DNA of 64,000 nt from Longimicrobiales bacterium (GTDB lineage Bacteria > Gemmatimonadota > Gemmatimonadetes > Longimicrobiales > Gaopeijiaceae): contig OZ241869.1 of assembly GCA_965202805.1 (NCBI GenBank), forward strand, positions 736,001 through 800,000, written 5' to 3'. The notes beneath the pieces are model-generated. The model ran no database searches. It was not told where the DNA came from and saw only the letters and a list, made by a program, of their open reading frames with translations. Both the position numbers and the translations under genes were made by a program. Each line of letters starts with the position of its first letter. Positions within the stretch are counted from its first letter, which is position 1. Positions 47,951-58,961 of this stretch are shown here, piece after piece.

Positions 47951-49228
47951 ATGCTCGACCTGCGGATGATCCGGGCCCAACCGGATCTGGTTCGCGCCGG
48001 GATGGCGCGGCGCGGCATCTCCGGCGGGGCTGCCCGGGTCGAACACCTTCTCGCCCTCGACGAGCAGCGCCGGTCCGCGATCGGAGAAGCCGATGAGCTC
48101 CGGGCACGGCGCAACGCCGTTTCCCGTCGCATCGGGGAACTGAGGCGAAGGGGTGAATCAGCGGACGAGCTGATCGTGGAAATGCGCGGGGTAGGCGGTC
48201 GGATCGACGCCCTGGGCGAAGTGGTGGAGGATGTCGAGAGGCACATCCGGGACACCCTTCTGGAGATGCCCAACCTGCCGCTCCCCGAAGTGCCGGATGG
48301 TGGCGAGGATGCCAACGCGCTGGTCCGCCAATGGGGAACGAAGCGGGACTTCGCGTTCGAGCCGAAGCCACACTGGGAGCTGGGGGAACGGCTTGGGCTC
48401 CTCGACCTTGCGCGCGGGGCGAGGATATCGGGTTCCGGGTTTCCGGTGCTCACGGGCCGCGGCGCGCGCCTGCAGAGGGAACTGATCGGCTACATGCTCG
48501 ATCTGCATGTCCGGGAGCACGGCTACACGGAGGTGCGCGTACCCTACATGGTTTCGCGCGAGAGCCTCACCGCCACCGGCCATCTCCCGAAGTTCGAGGA
48601 CGATGCATACGTCACGACCCAGGACGACCTCTGGCTGATTCCCACTTCCGAGGTGCCCCTTACCAACATGCACAGGGGCGAGATTCTCCCGGCTGGCGAA
48701 TTGCCTCTTCGCTACACCGCCTACTCGCCCTGCTTCCGGCGCGAAGCGGGCGCGGCGGGCGCCGATACCCGCGGCCTGCTGCGCGTGCACCAGTTCGACA
48801 AGGTGGAACTGGTGCGCTATGAGACCCCGGAGCGAAGCCGGGCGGCACTCGAGGAGATGACTGCGGAGGCCGAGGTGATTCTCCAGCGTCTGGGGCTCCC
48901 CTATCGCGTACTCAGCCTGGCCACGGGCGATCTGGGCTTCTGGTCGGCCATGACCTACGATCTGGAGGTCTGGGCTCCCGGCGTGCGCCGCTGGCTGGAG
49001 GTGTCGAGCGTCAGCACCACAACCGACTACCAGGCGCGCCGCGCGAGCCTGCGTTACCGGCCCCATCCCGGCCGGAAGCCGGAATTCGTACACACATTGA
49101 ACGGTTCGGCCCTCGCTCTGCCGCGGTTGCTGGTGGCTCTGCTGGAGACCGGCCAGGAAGAGGACGGGAGCGTGACCCTGCCGGAGCCGCTGGCCGAGCG
49201 ACTCGGCGGCGGTCGCCTGCTTCCCTGA
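47951..49228 (+). CDS. serS: Serine--tRNA ligase
   Basis: MLDL start, LIPTSEVP, CFRREAG, GLLRVHQFDKVE, HTLNGSALA. Confidence 0.97.
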   Translation: MLDLRMIRAQPDLVRAGMARRGISGGAARVEHLLALDEQRRSAIGEADELRARRNAVSRRIGELRRRGESADELIVEMRGVGGRIDALGEVVEDVERHIRDTLLEMPNLPLPEVPDGGEDANALVRQWGTKRDFAFEPKPHWELGERLGLLDLARGARISGSGFPVLTGRGARLQRELIGYMLDLHVREHGYTEVRVPYMVSRESLTATGHLPKFEDDAYVTTQDDLWLIPTSEVPLTNMHRGEILPAGELPLRYTAYSPCFRREAGAAGADTRGLLRVHQFDKVELVRYETPERSRAALEEMTAEAEVILQRLGLPYRVLSLATGDLGFWSAMTYDLEVWAPGVRRWLEVSSVSTTTDYQARRASLRYRPHPGRKPEFVHTLNGSALALPRLLVALLETGQEEDGSVTLPEPLAERLGGGRLLP

Positions 49229-49244
49229 CGAGGGGCCAGGGCCG

Positions 49245-50423
49245 GTGTCGCCGAAGCGCTGGTACGTCGGACTGGCGGCGCTCTTCGTGGCCCTGGCCGG
49301 CTGGTATCTGCTCTACACACAGCAGATCGTACGCGCGTTGCGGGCCGACAGCGAGATCTTCACGCGGATCTATGCCGAGGTCATGGAGGGCCTGACCGAT
49401 CCCGGGGAAGGCAGCTCCATCCAGGCTCTCAGCCGGCTTCAGCTATTGATCACCGAGTCGGGCGTGCCGATCGTGATGACCGGCCCTGGCGATACGGTGC
49501 TGGCCGTCGAGAACCTTCCCTTCGAGGTGAATCTCGGAACCCCCGCCGGGCAGGAACAGGTGCGCGCGTACATCGCCACGCTGGACCAGCGCACTCCTCC
49601 GGTCGGAGATCCCGAGGTGCAGAACATCCACTACGGTCCACCCCCGATCCTGACGCGTCTGCGCTGGATTCCATGGCTTCAGGCAGGGGGGCTGGCGCTC
49701 GTCGTGCTCATGCTGGCGGGACTGGTGCGGTATCAGCGGAGGGTGGCTGGAGAGCGCGCCTGGACGGTCATGGCGCGTGAGCTGGCGCACCAGCTGGGTA
49801 CACCCATCTCCTCGCTGCACGGCTGGGTCGAAGTGCTGAAGCTGCCCGGTCCCGAGCGGCCGGGAGAGCTCTCCGAGGGCGAGATCCTGCACGAGCTGGA
49901 AGATGACGTGGAGCGCCTCGAACGCGTTACGCGCCGATTCGAACTGATCGGCCGCGAGCCCGCCCTGGGCCAGGTCGACCTGACCCGGGTGCTGGCGGAG
50001 CTGGAAGGCTACTTCCGTTCCCGCCTTCCCAGCCTGGCGTCCGAAGTGGAGCTGGTCATGGATGTTCCCTCCGGCCTGCCGGCGGTCAGGGGACACCACG
50101 TCCTGCTCAGCTGGGCTCTCGAGAACGTGCTCAAGAATTCCCTCGACGCCCTGGCCGGACGCGGAGGCAGGATCTCGATCATATGCTCCGAGACGAGTAC
50201 GGGATGGGTGGATGTGCGCATCGCGGATTCGGGTCCCGGAATCGATCCCGCCGTGCGCGACGACATCTTCGAACCCGGGGTGACCACCAAGTCGAGCGGC
50301 TGGGGGGTGGGGCTTACGCTGGCGCGCCGCATCGTGCAGGGCGTCCACCGCGGGAAGCTCGAACTGGTGTCCGAGTGGGAGCCCGGCGCGACCTTCAACA
50401 TACGACTTCCGTCCGAGGCCTGA
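49245..50423 (+). CDS. Membrane sensor histidine kinase
   Basis: Two TMs; MARELAHQLGTPISSL, ENVLKNSLDA, DSGPG, TTK..GWGVGL. Confidence 0.9.
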   Translation: MSPKRWYVGLAALFVALAGWYLLYTQQIVRALRADSEIFTRIYAEVMEGLTDPGEGSSIQALSRLQLLITESGVPIVMTGPGDTVLAVENLPFEVNLGTPAGQEQVRAYIATLDQRTPPVGDPEVQNIHYGPPPILTRLRWIPWLQAGGLALVVLMLAGLVRYQRRVAGERAWTVMARELAHQLGTPISSLHGWVEVLKLPGPERPGELSEGEILHELEDDVERLERVTRRFELIGREPALGQVDLTRVLAELEGYFRSRLPSLASEVELVMDVPSGLPAVRGHHVLLSWALENVLKNSLDALAGRGGRISIICSETSTGWVDVRIADSGPGIDPAVRDDIFEPGVTTKSSGWGVGLTLARRIVQGVHRGKLELVSEWEPGATFNIRLPSEA

Positions 50424-50427
50424 AGCG

Positions 50428-52701
50428 GTGGATCATCTGGAGGGACTGAACCCCCGGCAGCGGGACGCCGTGCTCCATTTCGAGGGGCCTCTCCTGGTGC
50501 TCGCCGGCGCCGGAACCGGAAAGACCCGGACGCTCACCTGCCGGATCGCCCACCTGGTGCGCGAGCACGGCGTGCCGCCGCACCGAATCCTCGCCGTGAC
50601 CTTCACGAACAAGGCGGCGGGGGAGATGCGGGAGCGCGTCGCCGGCTATCTGGGGGAGGAGCCCCGTGGCATGTGGCTCGGCACCTTCCATGCCCTCGGT
50701 GCCCGTCTTCTGCGAATCCATGCGGCGGAAGTCGGCCGGTCGGCCCCGTTCACGATCTTTGACGCCGAGCAGAGCCTGAACCAGGTCAAGCGGGCCCAGA
50801 AGACCGTACGGGTCAACCCGGACCGATGGAATCCGCGAACGGTGCAGGGTGTCATCAGCTCCGCCAAGAACGTGCTCGTCGGCCCGCAGCGGTTTCATGA
50901 CGAGAACGCAGGCGGGTCCGACCCGCTGGCAGCGGTCGCGGCGGCGGTGTACCCCGAGTACCAGGCCGCGCTGGCGCGCCAGAACGCCTTCGATTTCGAC
51001 GACCTGCTGATGAAGCCGGTGGAGCTGTTCGAGTCGCATCCGGACCTCCTGCACCGGTACTCCGACCGCTTCGCGTTCCTGCTGGTGGACGAATACCAGG
51101 ACACGAACCATGCCCAGTTCCGGCTGCTGGACCTGCTGGCCCGGTGCCACGGCAACCTCATGGTCGTGGGCGACGACGATCAGAGCATCTATGGATGGCG
51201 GGGAGCCGACATCCGCAACATCCTCCAGTTCGAGTCGGTCTTTCCCCGCGCTCGCGTCGTCCGGCTCGAGCGCAACTACCGGTCCACGGGGCACGTCCTC
51301 CACGCGGCCAACGCCGCCATCTCCCACAACGTGGCCCGCAAGGAGAAGACGCTGCACACGCGCCGTCCGGACGGCGAGTTGCTGTGCGTTCTGCGCACCG
51401 CGACCGAGACCGACGAGGCGCGCTGCATCGCCGACGAGACCGAGTCGCTGATGCAGGCCAGCGGATGGCCCTACAGGAGTTTCGCCGTCCTCTACCGCAC
51501 CAACGCCCAGTCGCGCGCGCTCGAAGAAGAGTTGATGCGGCGCTTCATCCCCTACCAGATCGTCGGCGGCGTGCGCTTCTATGAGAGACGCGAGATCCGG
51601 GATCTGCTGGCCTATCTGCGGCTGGTTTCCAATCCACGGGACGAAGAGGCCTTCAATCGCATCGTCAACTATCCGAAACGCGGAATCGGCACGATAACGC
51701 GAAGCCGGCTGAGGGCATGGGCGCGGGAACGCGGGATGGCGCTGCTCGAGGCTGCCGCGGAAGCGCATGCGGTCGACGCCATCCGACCGTCGACCGCCCG
51801 TGCGTTGCGGCGCTTCGCGCGCATGATCGGTCGCTGGCGCTCGCTCGCCCGGGAACGCAACGCGGGAGAGGTCACGGAGGCGGTGGTCACCGAGCTGGAC
51901 GTGCGCGAGCTGCTGCGCAGGGAAGGCCCGGAGGGCGAAGACAGGGCTGCGAACGTGACGGAGTTGATCGTCGCCGCTTTCCGCTTCGACCCCTCGGAGC
52001 ACGATCTGGGAGAAGAGGAAGAGACCGCGGGGGCCAGCGAACTCGACCTGTTCCTTCAGCACACCGCCCTGGTCACGGGCATCGACGCCCACGACCACGG
52101 AGCCGACGCGGTCACCCTCATGACGCTGCACAGCGCAAAAGGGCTCGAGTTTCCCTGCGTTTTTCTCACCGGGATGGAGGAAGGACTGTTTCCGCTGTCG
52201 CGGGCACTGGAGCTGCCCGAGGAGTTGGAGGAGGAACGGAGGCTTTTCTACGTGGGCATCACGCGGGCCGAGGAAAAACTCTATCTCAGCCATGCGGCAC
52301 GACGGTGGCGGGCCGGCGAGGCGATGAACTCAAGGCCTTCGTCGTTCCTCGACACGATCCCCGACCGACTGCTGGAATACCGGCGCTCCTCGCAACTGCA
52401 GGCGTCGCGCCGTCCCTACCGCCGGAGCGGCGGATACCGGGAGGGCAGGGGCGGATATGGTCGCCGGTCGTACCGGGTTGAAGCGTATCCGGACCCGGAC
52501 CCGGCCGGATACGACGATCTGAACCAGGACGCTCCCCGCTACCGGCAGGGGGAACGCGTGGTTCACGGGACCTTCGGCTTCGGATCGATCCTGGACACCT
52601 CGGGTTTCGGTCCGGATCTCAGGGTGACGGTGGATTTCGACGACGTGGGGAAAAAGAAGCTGGTCGTTCGTTTCGCGGGTCTGGAGAGGGCGTTCGAGTG
52701 A
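50428..52701 (+). CDS. pcrA: ATP-dependent DNA helicase PcrA/UvrD
   Basis: LAGAGTGKT, VDEYQDTN, VGDDDQSIYGWRGA, LERNYRST, HSAKGLEF, EERRLFYVGITRA, C-terminal Tudor-like domain. Confidence 0.95.
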   Translation: MDHLEGLNPRQRDAVLHFEGPLLVLAGAGTGKTRTLTCRIAHLVREHGVPPHRILAVTFTNKAAGEMRERVAGYLGEEPRGMWLGTFHALGARLLRIHAAEVGRSAPFTIFDAEQSLNQVKRAQKTVRVNPDRWNPRTVQGVISSAKNVLVGPQRFHDENAGGSDPLAAVAAAVYPEYQAALARQNAFDFDDLLMKPVELFESHPDLLHRYSDRFAFLLVDEYQDTNHAQFRLLDLLARCHGNLMVVGDDDQSIYGWRGADIRNILQFESVFPRARVVRLERNYRSTGHVLHAANAAISHNVARKEKTLHTRRPDGELLCVLRTATETDEARCIADETESLMQASGWPYRSFAVLYRTNAQSRALEEELMRRFIPYQIVGGVRFYERREIRDLLAYLRLVSNPRDEEAFNRIVNYPKRGIGTITRSRLRAWARERGMALLEAAAEAHAVDAIRPSTARALRRFARMIGRWRSLARERNAGEVTEAVVTELDVRELLRREGPEGEDRAANVTELIVAAFRFDPSEHDLGEEEETAGASELDLFLQHTALVTGIDAHDHGADAVTLMTLHSAKGLEFPCVFLTGMEEGLFPLSRALELPEELEEERRLFYVGITRAEEKLYLSHAARRWRAGEAMNSRPSSFLDTIPDRLLEYRRSSQLQASRRPYRRSGGYREGRGGYGRRSYRVEAYPDPDPAGYDDLNQDAPRYRQGERVVHGTFGFGSILDTSGFGPDLRVTVDFDDVGKKKLVVRFAGLERAFE

Positions 52702-53086
52702 GCAAGCCGCGTGTGCCGGAGCCGGGCGTGACCGTAACCATTCAGGAGATTCACCGGATTGCGGCGCTCGCGCATCTGCGTCTCGAGCAAGGGGAAGCAG
52801 AGCGCATGGCACGCGACATGAGCTCGATCCTGGAGCACATGGCGGTGCTGGGTGGGGTCGCGCTGGAGCCGTCCCCGGCGTCCGGCGTTCGGCGGACCGG
52901 GGATTCCGCGTCGCCCGGCCGGAAGGTCTCCGCCGGGACAGGCCCTTCGGCCGAAGCGGATGGGACGTTGCCCGATCCGCTCGAGCGACCGCTCTCGAGC
53001 ATGGCTCCCGACTGGCGGGACGGCTTCTTCGTCGTCCCCCGGCTTCCAGGGGTGGCGGGTGCGTCCGGCGAACGGGATGACTCGCC

Positions 53087-53090
<4 letters not shown>
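52698..53090 (+). CDS. gatC: Asp/Glu-tRNA amidotransferase subunit C
   Basis: [10 protein letters not shown]...FFVVPR; position before gatA. Confidence 0.85.
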
Positions 53091-54540
<1,450 letters not shown>

Positions 54541-54544
<4 letters not shown>

Positions 54545-55980
54545 GCGGTCCGCCGCTGGAATCCGTAATCGGCCTCGAGGTCCACGTTCAGCTGAACACC
54601 GGCCGCAAGCTGTTCTGCGGGGATTCGACCGCCTTCGGGGCGCCTCCCAATACGGCGGTGTGCCCGGTCTGCCTTGGGCTGCCCGGCGCGCTCCCCGTGC
54701 TCGACCCGCGAGCCGTCGATCTTGCGCTCCAGGCGGCGCTCGCGCTGGACTGCACCATCCACCGCACCTCCGTCTTCGCTCGCAAGAACTACTTCTATCC
54801 CGACCTGCCCAAGGGGTATCAGATATCCCAGTTCGAACGTCCCCTGGCCACCGGAGGTGCCGTGGAGCTGGACAGCGGGCGGAGGGTGCGGATCCGTCGG
54901 GTGCACATGGAGGAGGACGCCGGCAAGTCGCTCCACGATCGCTTTCCCTCCGCGACCGCGGTCGACCTCAACCGGACCGGGACGCCTCTGATCGAGATCG
55001 TCTCCGAGCCCGATCTGCGCTCTCCCGGAGAAGCGCGCTCCTGTCTCCAGTTCCTCAAGCTGTTGATGGAGTACCTGGAGATCTCCGATTGCAACATGGA
55101 AGAGGGCAGCCTGCGCGTGGACGCGAACGTGTCCCTGCGCGAGAAGGGAAGCGAGCGCCTCGAGGCCAGCACGGAGGTCAAGAACCTCAACAGCTTCTCG
55201 GCCGTGGAAAAGGCGCTCCGCGTCGAAATCGGGCGCCAGACCCGGATTCGCGCCCGAGGAGCTGCCGTGACCCGCCAGACGCTGCTCTGGGATGCCGCGG
55301 CGGGCGACGTGCGGGTAATGCGGGACAAGGAGGACAGCCAGGACTACCGCTACTTCCCCGATCCCGACCTGCCGCCTCTCGTCCTCTCGGCCCGGCGCGT
55401 AGCATCGCTCCGGACGGGCCTGGGGGAGTTGCCGCGGGCAAAGCGCGAGCGCTTCCGACGGCAGTACGAATTGCCCGCCTACGACGCCGGGGTGCTTACC
55501 TCGTCGCGTGCGCTCGCGGACTACTTCGAGGCGGTGGTGGCGTGCGGAGGTCAGCCCAAGACAGCGTCCAACTGGGTGATGGGGCCGGTTCTCAAGACCG
55601 TGAAGCGAGGGATCGGCCACCTGGCCTCTCCGGGGCTGGCACCCGGGCGTCTCGCCGAGCTGATCGCACTGGTCGACGGCGGGACGCTCTCGGCACCGGC
55701 CGCCAGAACCGTCCTCGCCGGCATGGCGCGCACCGGCGACCCGCCCGGAGCCATCGTGCGGCGGGAAGGGCTCACGCAGGTTCGCGAAGACCAGGTGCTG
55801 GAGAGGTGGGTGGCGGACGCGGTGGCGGCGCATCCGGAGGAAGTCGCCCGCTACCGCGGAGGAGAGACCCGGCTCCTCGGCTTTCTGATCGGCCAGGTCA
55901 TGCGCGCCTCCGGACGCAAGGCGGACCCGCGCCGGGTGAACCAGCTGCTGCGCGCCGCGCTGGACGCCGATGCCGATTGA
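54541..55980 (+). CDS. gatB: Asp/Glu-tRNA amidotransferase subunit B
   Basis: [44 protein letters not shown]. Confidence 0.97.
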
Positions 55981-56031
55981 GGCGTCCGGAATCCCGCCCG
56001 CCCTTCCCGGTCTCCCGGTCCGTGCCTGCCG

Positions 56032-56673
56032 CTATCCGGCCTCCGCGGGCGGCTCGCGCCCGTCATCCGGACGACGGGCGTCGAGGGCAGGGCGACCTTC
56101 GGCGTGGGCTGCGTCCGCCGACGCTTCTCCGTCCAGCGAGCGCGCGGAAGGTTCGGCTTCCCGCCTGTTCTCGAAGGCACGCGCACCGGCGCCCACCCCG
56201 CGAAGGGCGGCAGCCGTCGTCAGAAACGTCTCCTCGGCCTCGGCCTGCGCCACCTCCAGCAACGCGTTGAACTCATCGATGCGGGTCTCCATGTGCGTCG
56301 AGGCCTGCCGCAGCCGGTCGGACAGCGCCCGCACGGAACCGGTCAGGTGCCGGGCTTCGTCGCGCAGCGAACGGGTGATGTCGTCCACATTGTCGGCGAT
56401 GCCGGCGGCCCGTTCGAGCACCGGCCGGCTCCGGTGCTCCATCTGGCGCGCGATGTCGGTGAGCCGGCGCCCGTGCATGTCCAGGCGCCAGAGGAACACC
56501 AGAAGCGCCGCGGCACCGACGGCGGCCAGCACCACGAGGGCCAGGAGCCCCCACTCGCTGACATCCGCGATCCCGGAAGGAGCGACCATGACCAGAACCG
56601 TGTCGCGCGCCGGTTCCTGCCCCGACATGCCGGTGGATGGCATGACCGATATCGTCCAAATCGTTGAAATCAT
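56032..56673 (-). CDS. Membrane-anchored coiled-coil protein (DUF948-like)
   Basis: Single TM followed by a heptad-rich helical region; fills the gap between gatB and murA; start uncertain. Confidence 0.6.
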   Translation of the reverse strand: MISTIWTISVMPSTGMSGQEPARDTVLVMVAPSGIADVSEWGLLALVVLAAVGAAALLVFLWRLDMHGRRLTDIARQMEHRSRPVLERAAGIADNVDDITRSLRDEARHLTGSVRALSDRLRQASTHMETRIDEFNALLEVAQAEAEETFLTTAAALRGVGAGARAFENRREAEPSARSLDGEASADAAHAEGRPALDARRPDDGREPPAEAG

Positions 56674-56867
56674 CGTATGACCGGGAACGGCAATGAAGCC
56701 GAGAAAATCGGCGAAGCTTCTTCGGGAAGCGCCGCGCCGAAGCGTGCATCTAACGTATTGACAACAACTTGTAGAATCATGTGTTCTCCAACATTAGCGC
56801 ATCCCCGGCTCGCGCTGCAAGAACCTCCATGCACGTCCTGATCCCGCTGGCCGGGGCGACGGCGACG

Positions 56868-56876
56868 TGGTATTAT
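56868..56876 (+). promoter_or_regulatory. Extended -10 promoter upstream of murA
   Basis: TG-G-TATTAT about 105 nt before the ATG. Confidence 0.4.
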
Positions 56877-56982
56877 GGCGCGGCAAAGGGAGCGGCGGCC
56901 TGACAGCCGATGGCCTGTCAGGAGTCCGGCGCCGGCCGGGCCCCTGGCGGTTCCCCCCAATCCAATCTTCCAACCCCACCTC

Positions 56983-58260
56983 ATGGCACACTTCCTGGTC
57001 GAAGGCGGCCACTCCCTCAGCGGGACCATAAGGCCGGCAGGAAACAAGAACGCGGCTCTTCCCGCCCTTGCGGCGACGCTTCTGGCGACAGAGCCGGTCA
57101 CCCTGGAGAACGTACCCCGCATCAAGGATGTGGAGGCGTTGGCGTCGATCCTGCAGGCCCTGGGCGCGGAAGTGTCCTGGGAGGGGCCCAACGTGGTGAC
57201 CGTGGATGCCGGACAGGTCAGCGACGTCCGTCCTCCGCGCGCGCTCGCTGAGCGCATCCGCGCCTCCATTCTGCTGGCGGGTCCGTTGCTTGCGCGCTTC
57301 GGACGCGTGCTTCTTCCTCCTCCCGGGGGTGACGTGATCGGCCGGCGTCGCCTGGACACCCACTTCATGGCGCTCGCCGCGTTGGGGGGAGCGACCCGTC
57401 TGGGCAGGGAATTCGAGATCCATGCGTCCAGGCTGGAGGGCGCTTCGATGTTCCTGGACGAGCCTTCGGTGACCGGCACCGAGAACGCCGTGATGGCGGC
57501 CACGCTCGCCAGTGGCCGCACCCGGATTCGAAACGCGGCGGCCGAGCCGCACGTCCAGGACTTGTGCCACCTGCTGAACGCGATGGGCGCGCGCATCCGC
57601 GGGATCGGCACCCACGTTCTCGATATCGAGGGCGTCGGAGAGCTGGGCGGAGCCCGATACCGAATCGGCGCCGACCACATCGAAATCGGTTCCTTCATCG
57701 GCCTTGCGGCGGTGACGCGAAGCAACCTGGTCATCGAGGATGTCCCGATCGAGCATCTGGATGCGACCTTGCTGGGCTTCCGGCGTCTTGGCGTCGAGTG
57801 CGAGCCTGATGGCGGGTCGCTGGTCGTCAGGGGCGATCGCGAGCCGCACATCCGAGCGGACGCCTTCGGGCATGTTCCCAAGATCGACGACGGGCCCTGG
57901 CCGGCGTTCCCCGCCGACCTCACGTCGATCGCGCTGGTCACGGCCACGCAGTGCCACGGCACCGTGCTGGTGTACGAGAAGATGTTCGAGTCGCGCATGT
58001 TCTTCACCGACAAGCTGGTCTCCATGGGGGCGCAGATCATCCTCTGCGACCCGCATCGAGCGGTCGTGGTCGGCCCGGCGCAGCTGCGGGGCGGACGCCT
58101 CGAGAGCCCCGACATTCGCGCGGGCATGGCCATCCTGCTGGCGGCTCTGGCTGCCAGGGGAACCAGCGAGATCCACAACATCGCCCAGATCGAACGCGGC
58201 TATCAGCGGATCGACGAACGCCTGCGCCGACTCGGAGCGCACATCGAGCGGGTGGACTGA
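56983..58260 (+). CDS. murA: UDP-N-acetylglucosamine 1-carboxyvinyltransferase
   Basis: GNKNAALP, RASILLAGPLLARFG, PGGDVIGRR, SVTGTEN, NAAAEP, PWPAFPAD, DIRAG, IERGY. Confidence 0.96.
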   Translation: MAHFLVEGGHSLSGTIRPAGNKNAALPALAATLLATEPVTLENVPRIKDVEALASILQALGAEVSWEGPNVVTVDAGQVSDVRPPRALAERIRASILLAGPLLARFGRVLLPPPGGDVIGRRRLDTHFMALAALGGATRLGREFEIHASRLEGASMFLDEPSVTGTENAVMAATLASGRTRIRNAAAEPHVQDLCHLLNAMGARIRGIGTHVLDIEGVGELGGARYRIGADHIEIGSFIGLAAVTRSNLVIEDVPIEHLDATLLGFRRLGVECEPDGGSLVVRGDREPHIRADAFGHVPKIDDGPWPAFPADLTSIALVTATQCHGTVLVYEKMFESRMFFTDKLVSMGAQIILCDPHRAVVVGPAQLRGGRLESPDIRAGMAILLAALAARGTSEIHNIAQIERGYQRIDERLRRLGAHIERVD

Positions 58261-58393
58261 TGGTCCGCGGACAAATCCGCGAATGCCCGGAAGGAGTTCG
58301 TCCGCGGGCTGCCGGCAACCAGCCATCACCGGTGTTGGGCGCAGCGATGCGGGACCCGGCTGACACACGACACCACGGGCAGGGAGGGATACC

Positions 58394-58714
58394 GTGAAGA
58401 AAAAGGGAGGCGACGGAGAGCGTCGCAGGAGAAGGGGGATTCGCGAGGGACTGAGCCAGGGACTCGGTTTTCTCTCGGCGCTCAGAGACGCCATTGAGGA
58501 GACGCTGGCCGAGACCCGCGAGCAGAGCGGGCCGAACGCCGAAGCGGCGCGCGATGCGCTGAAAGGTGCGTTGTCCCGGGCGCAGGCGGCAGCCGAGACC
58601 GCCCGAGACCGCCTGGATTTCGTGACCCGTCGTGAAATGGACCAGCTGCTGGAGGCGGTCGAGGGTCTCGCGGCCAGGATCGAACGCCTGGAGCGGAGAG
58701 ACCCGACCGAGTGA
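58394..58714 (+). CDS. Small coiled-coil protein (phasin/UbiK-BMFP-like)
   Basis: GGAGG RBS plus GTG; C-terminal RLDFVTRREMDQLLEAVEGLAARIERLE. Confidence 0.7.
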   Translation: MKKKGGDGERRRRRGIREGLSQGLGFLSALRDAIEETLAETREQSGPNAEAARDALKGALSRAQAAAETARDRLDFVTRREMDQLLEAVEGLAARIERLERRDPTE

Positions 58715-58758
58715 CCGGACACGCGCCCGGCTGAAGCCGCGCGGCCGACCGGGAAGCC

Positions 58759-58787
58759 TTGAACGGGGGTGGACAAACCCTTATTGT
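58759..58787 (+). promoter_or_regulatory. Sigma-70-type promoter of the nusA-infB operon
   Basis: TTGAAC-17nt-TATTGT. Confidence 0.5.
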
Positions 58788-58824
58788 TCAGGGTCCGGGC
58801 GGGTCGTCGGCCGACGACCTTGAG

Positions 58825-58855
58825 AGTGGGGAGCCAGTGGCCCCCGCTTTTTTTT
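58825..58855 (+). terminator. Intrinsic terminator/attenuator in the nusA leader
   Basis: AGTGGGG-A-GCC(AGT)GGC-CCCCGCT stem followed by a T tract; preceded by perfect palindrome GGTCGTCGGCCGACGACC (58802-58819). Confidence 0.7.
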
Positions 58856-58961
58856 ACCCGGCAAACCGGGGGGCACCGCATCGCGCGGCCGCCCGTGACA
58901 TGATCCCGATTGCACGGGACGGGCGGACGGGCCGCGTGTTTCGGCAGGGCGAACGGAGTCG

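Noticed and set aside
56758..56775. NrdR-box or LexA-box interpretation of the AT-rich element
   Set aside because: Partial matches only, and the flanking genes are not nrd or SOS genes
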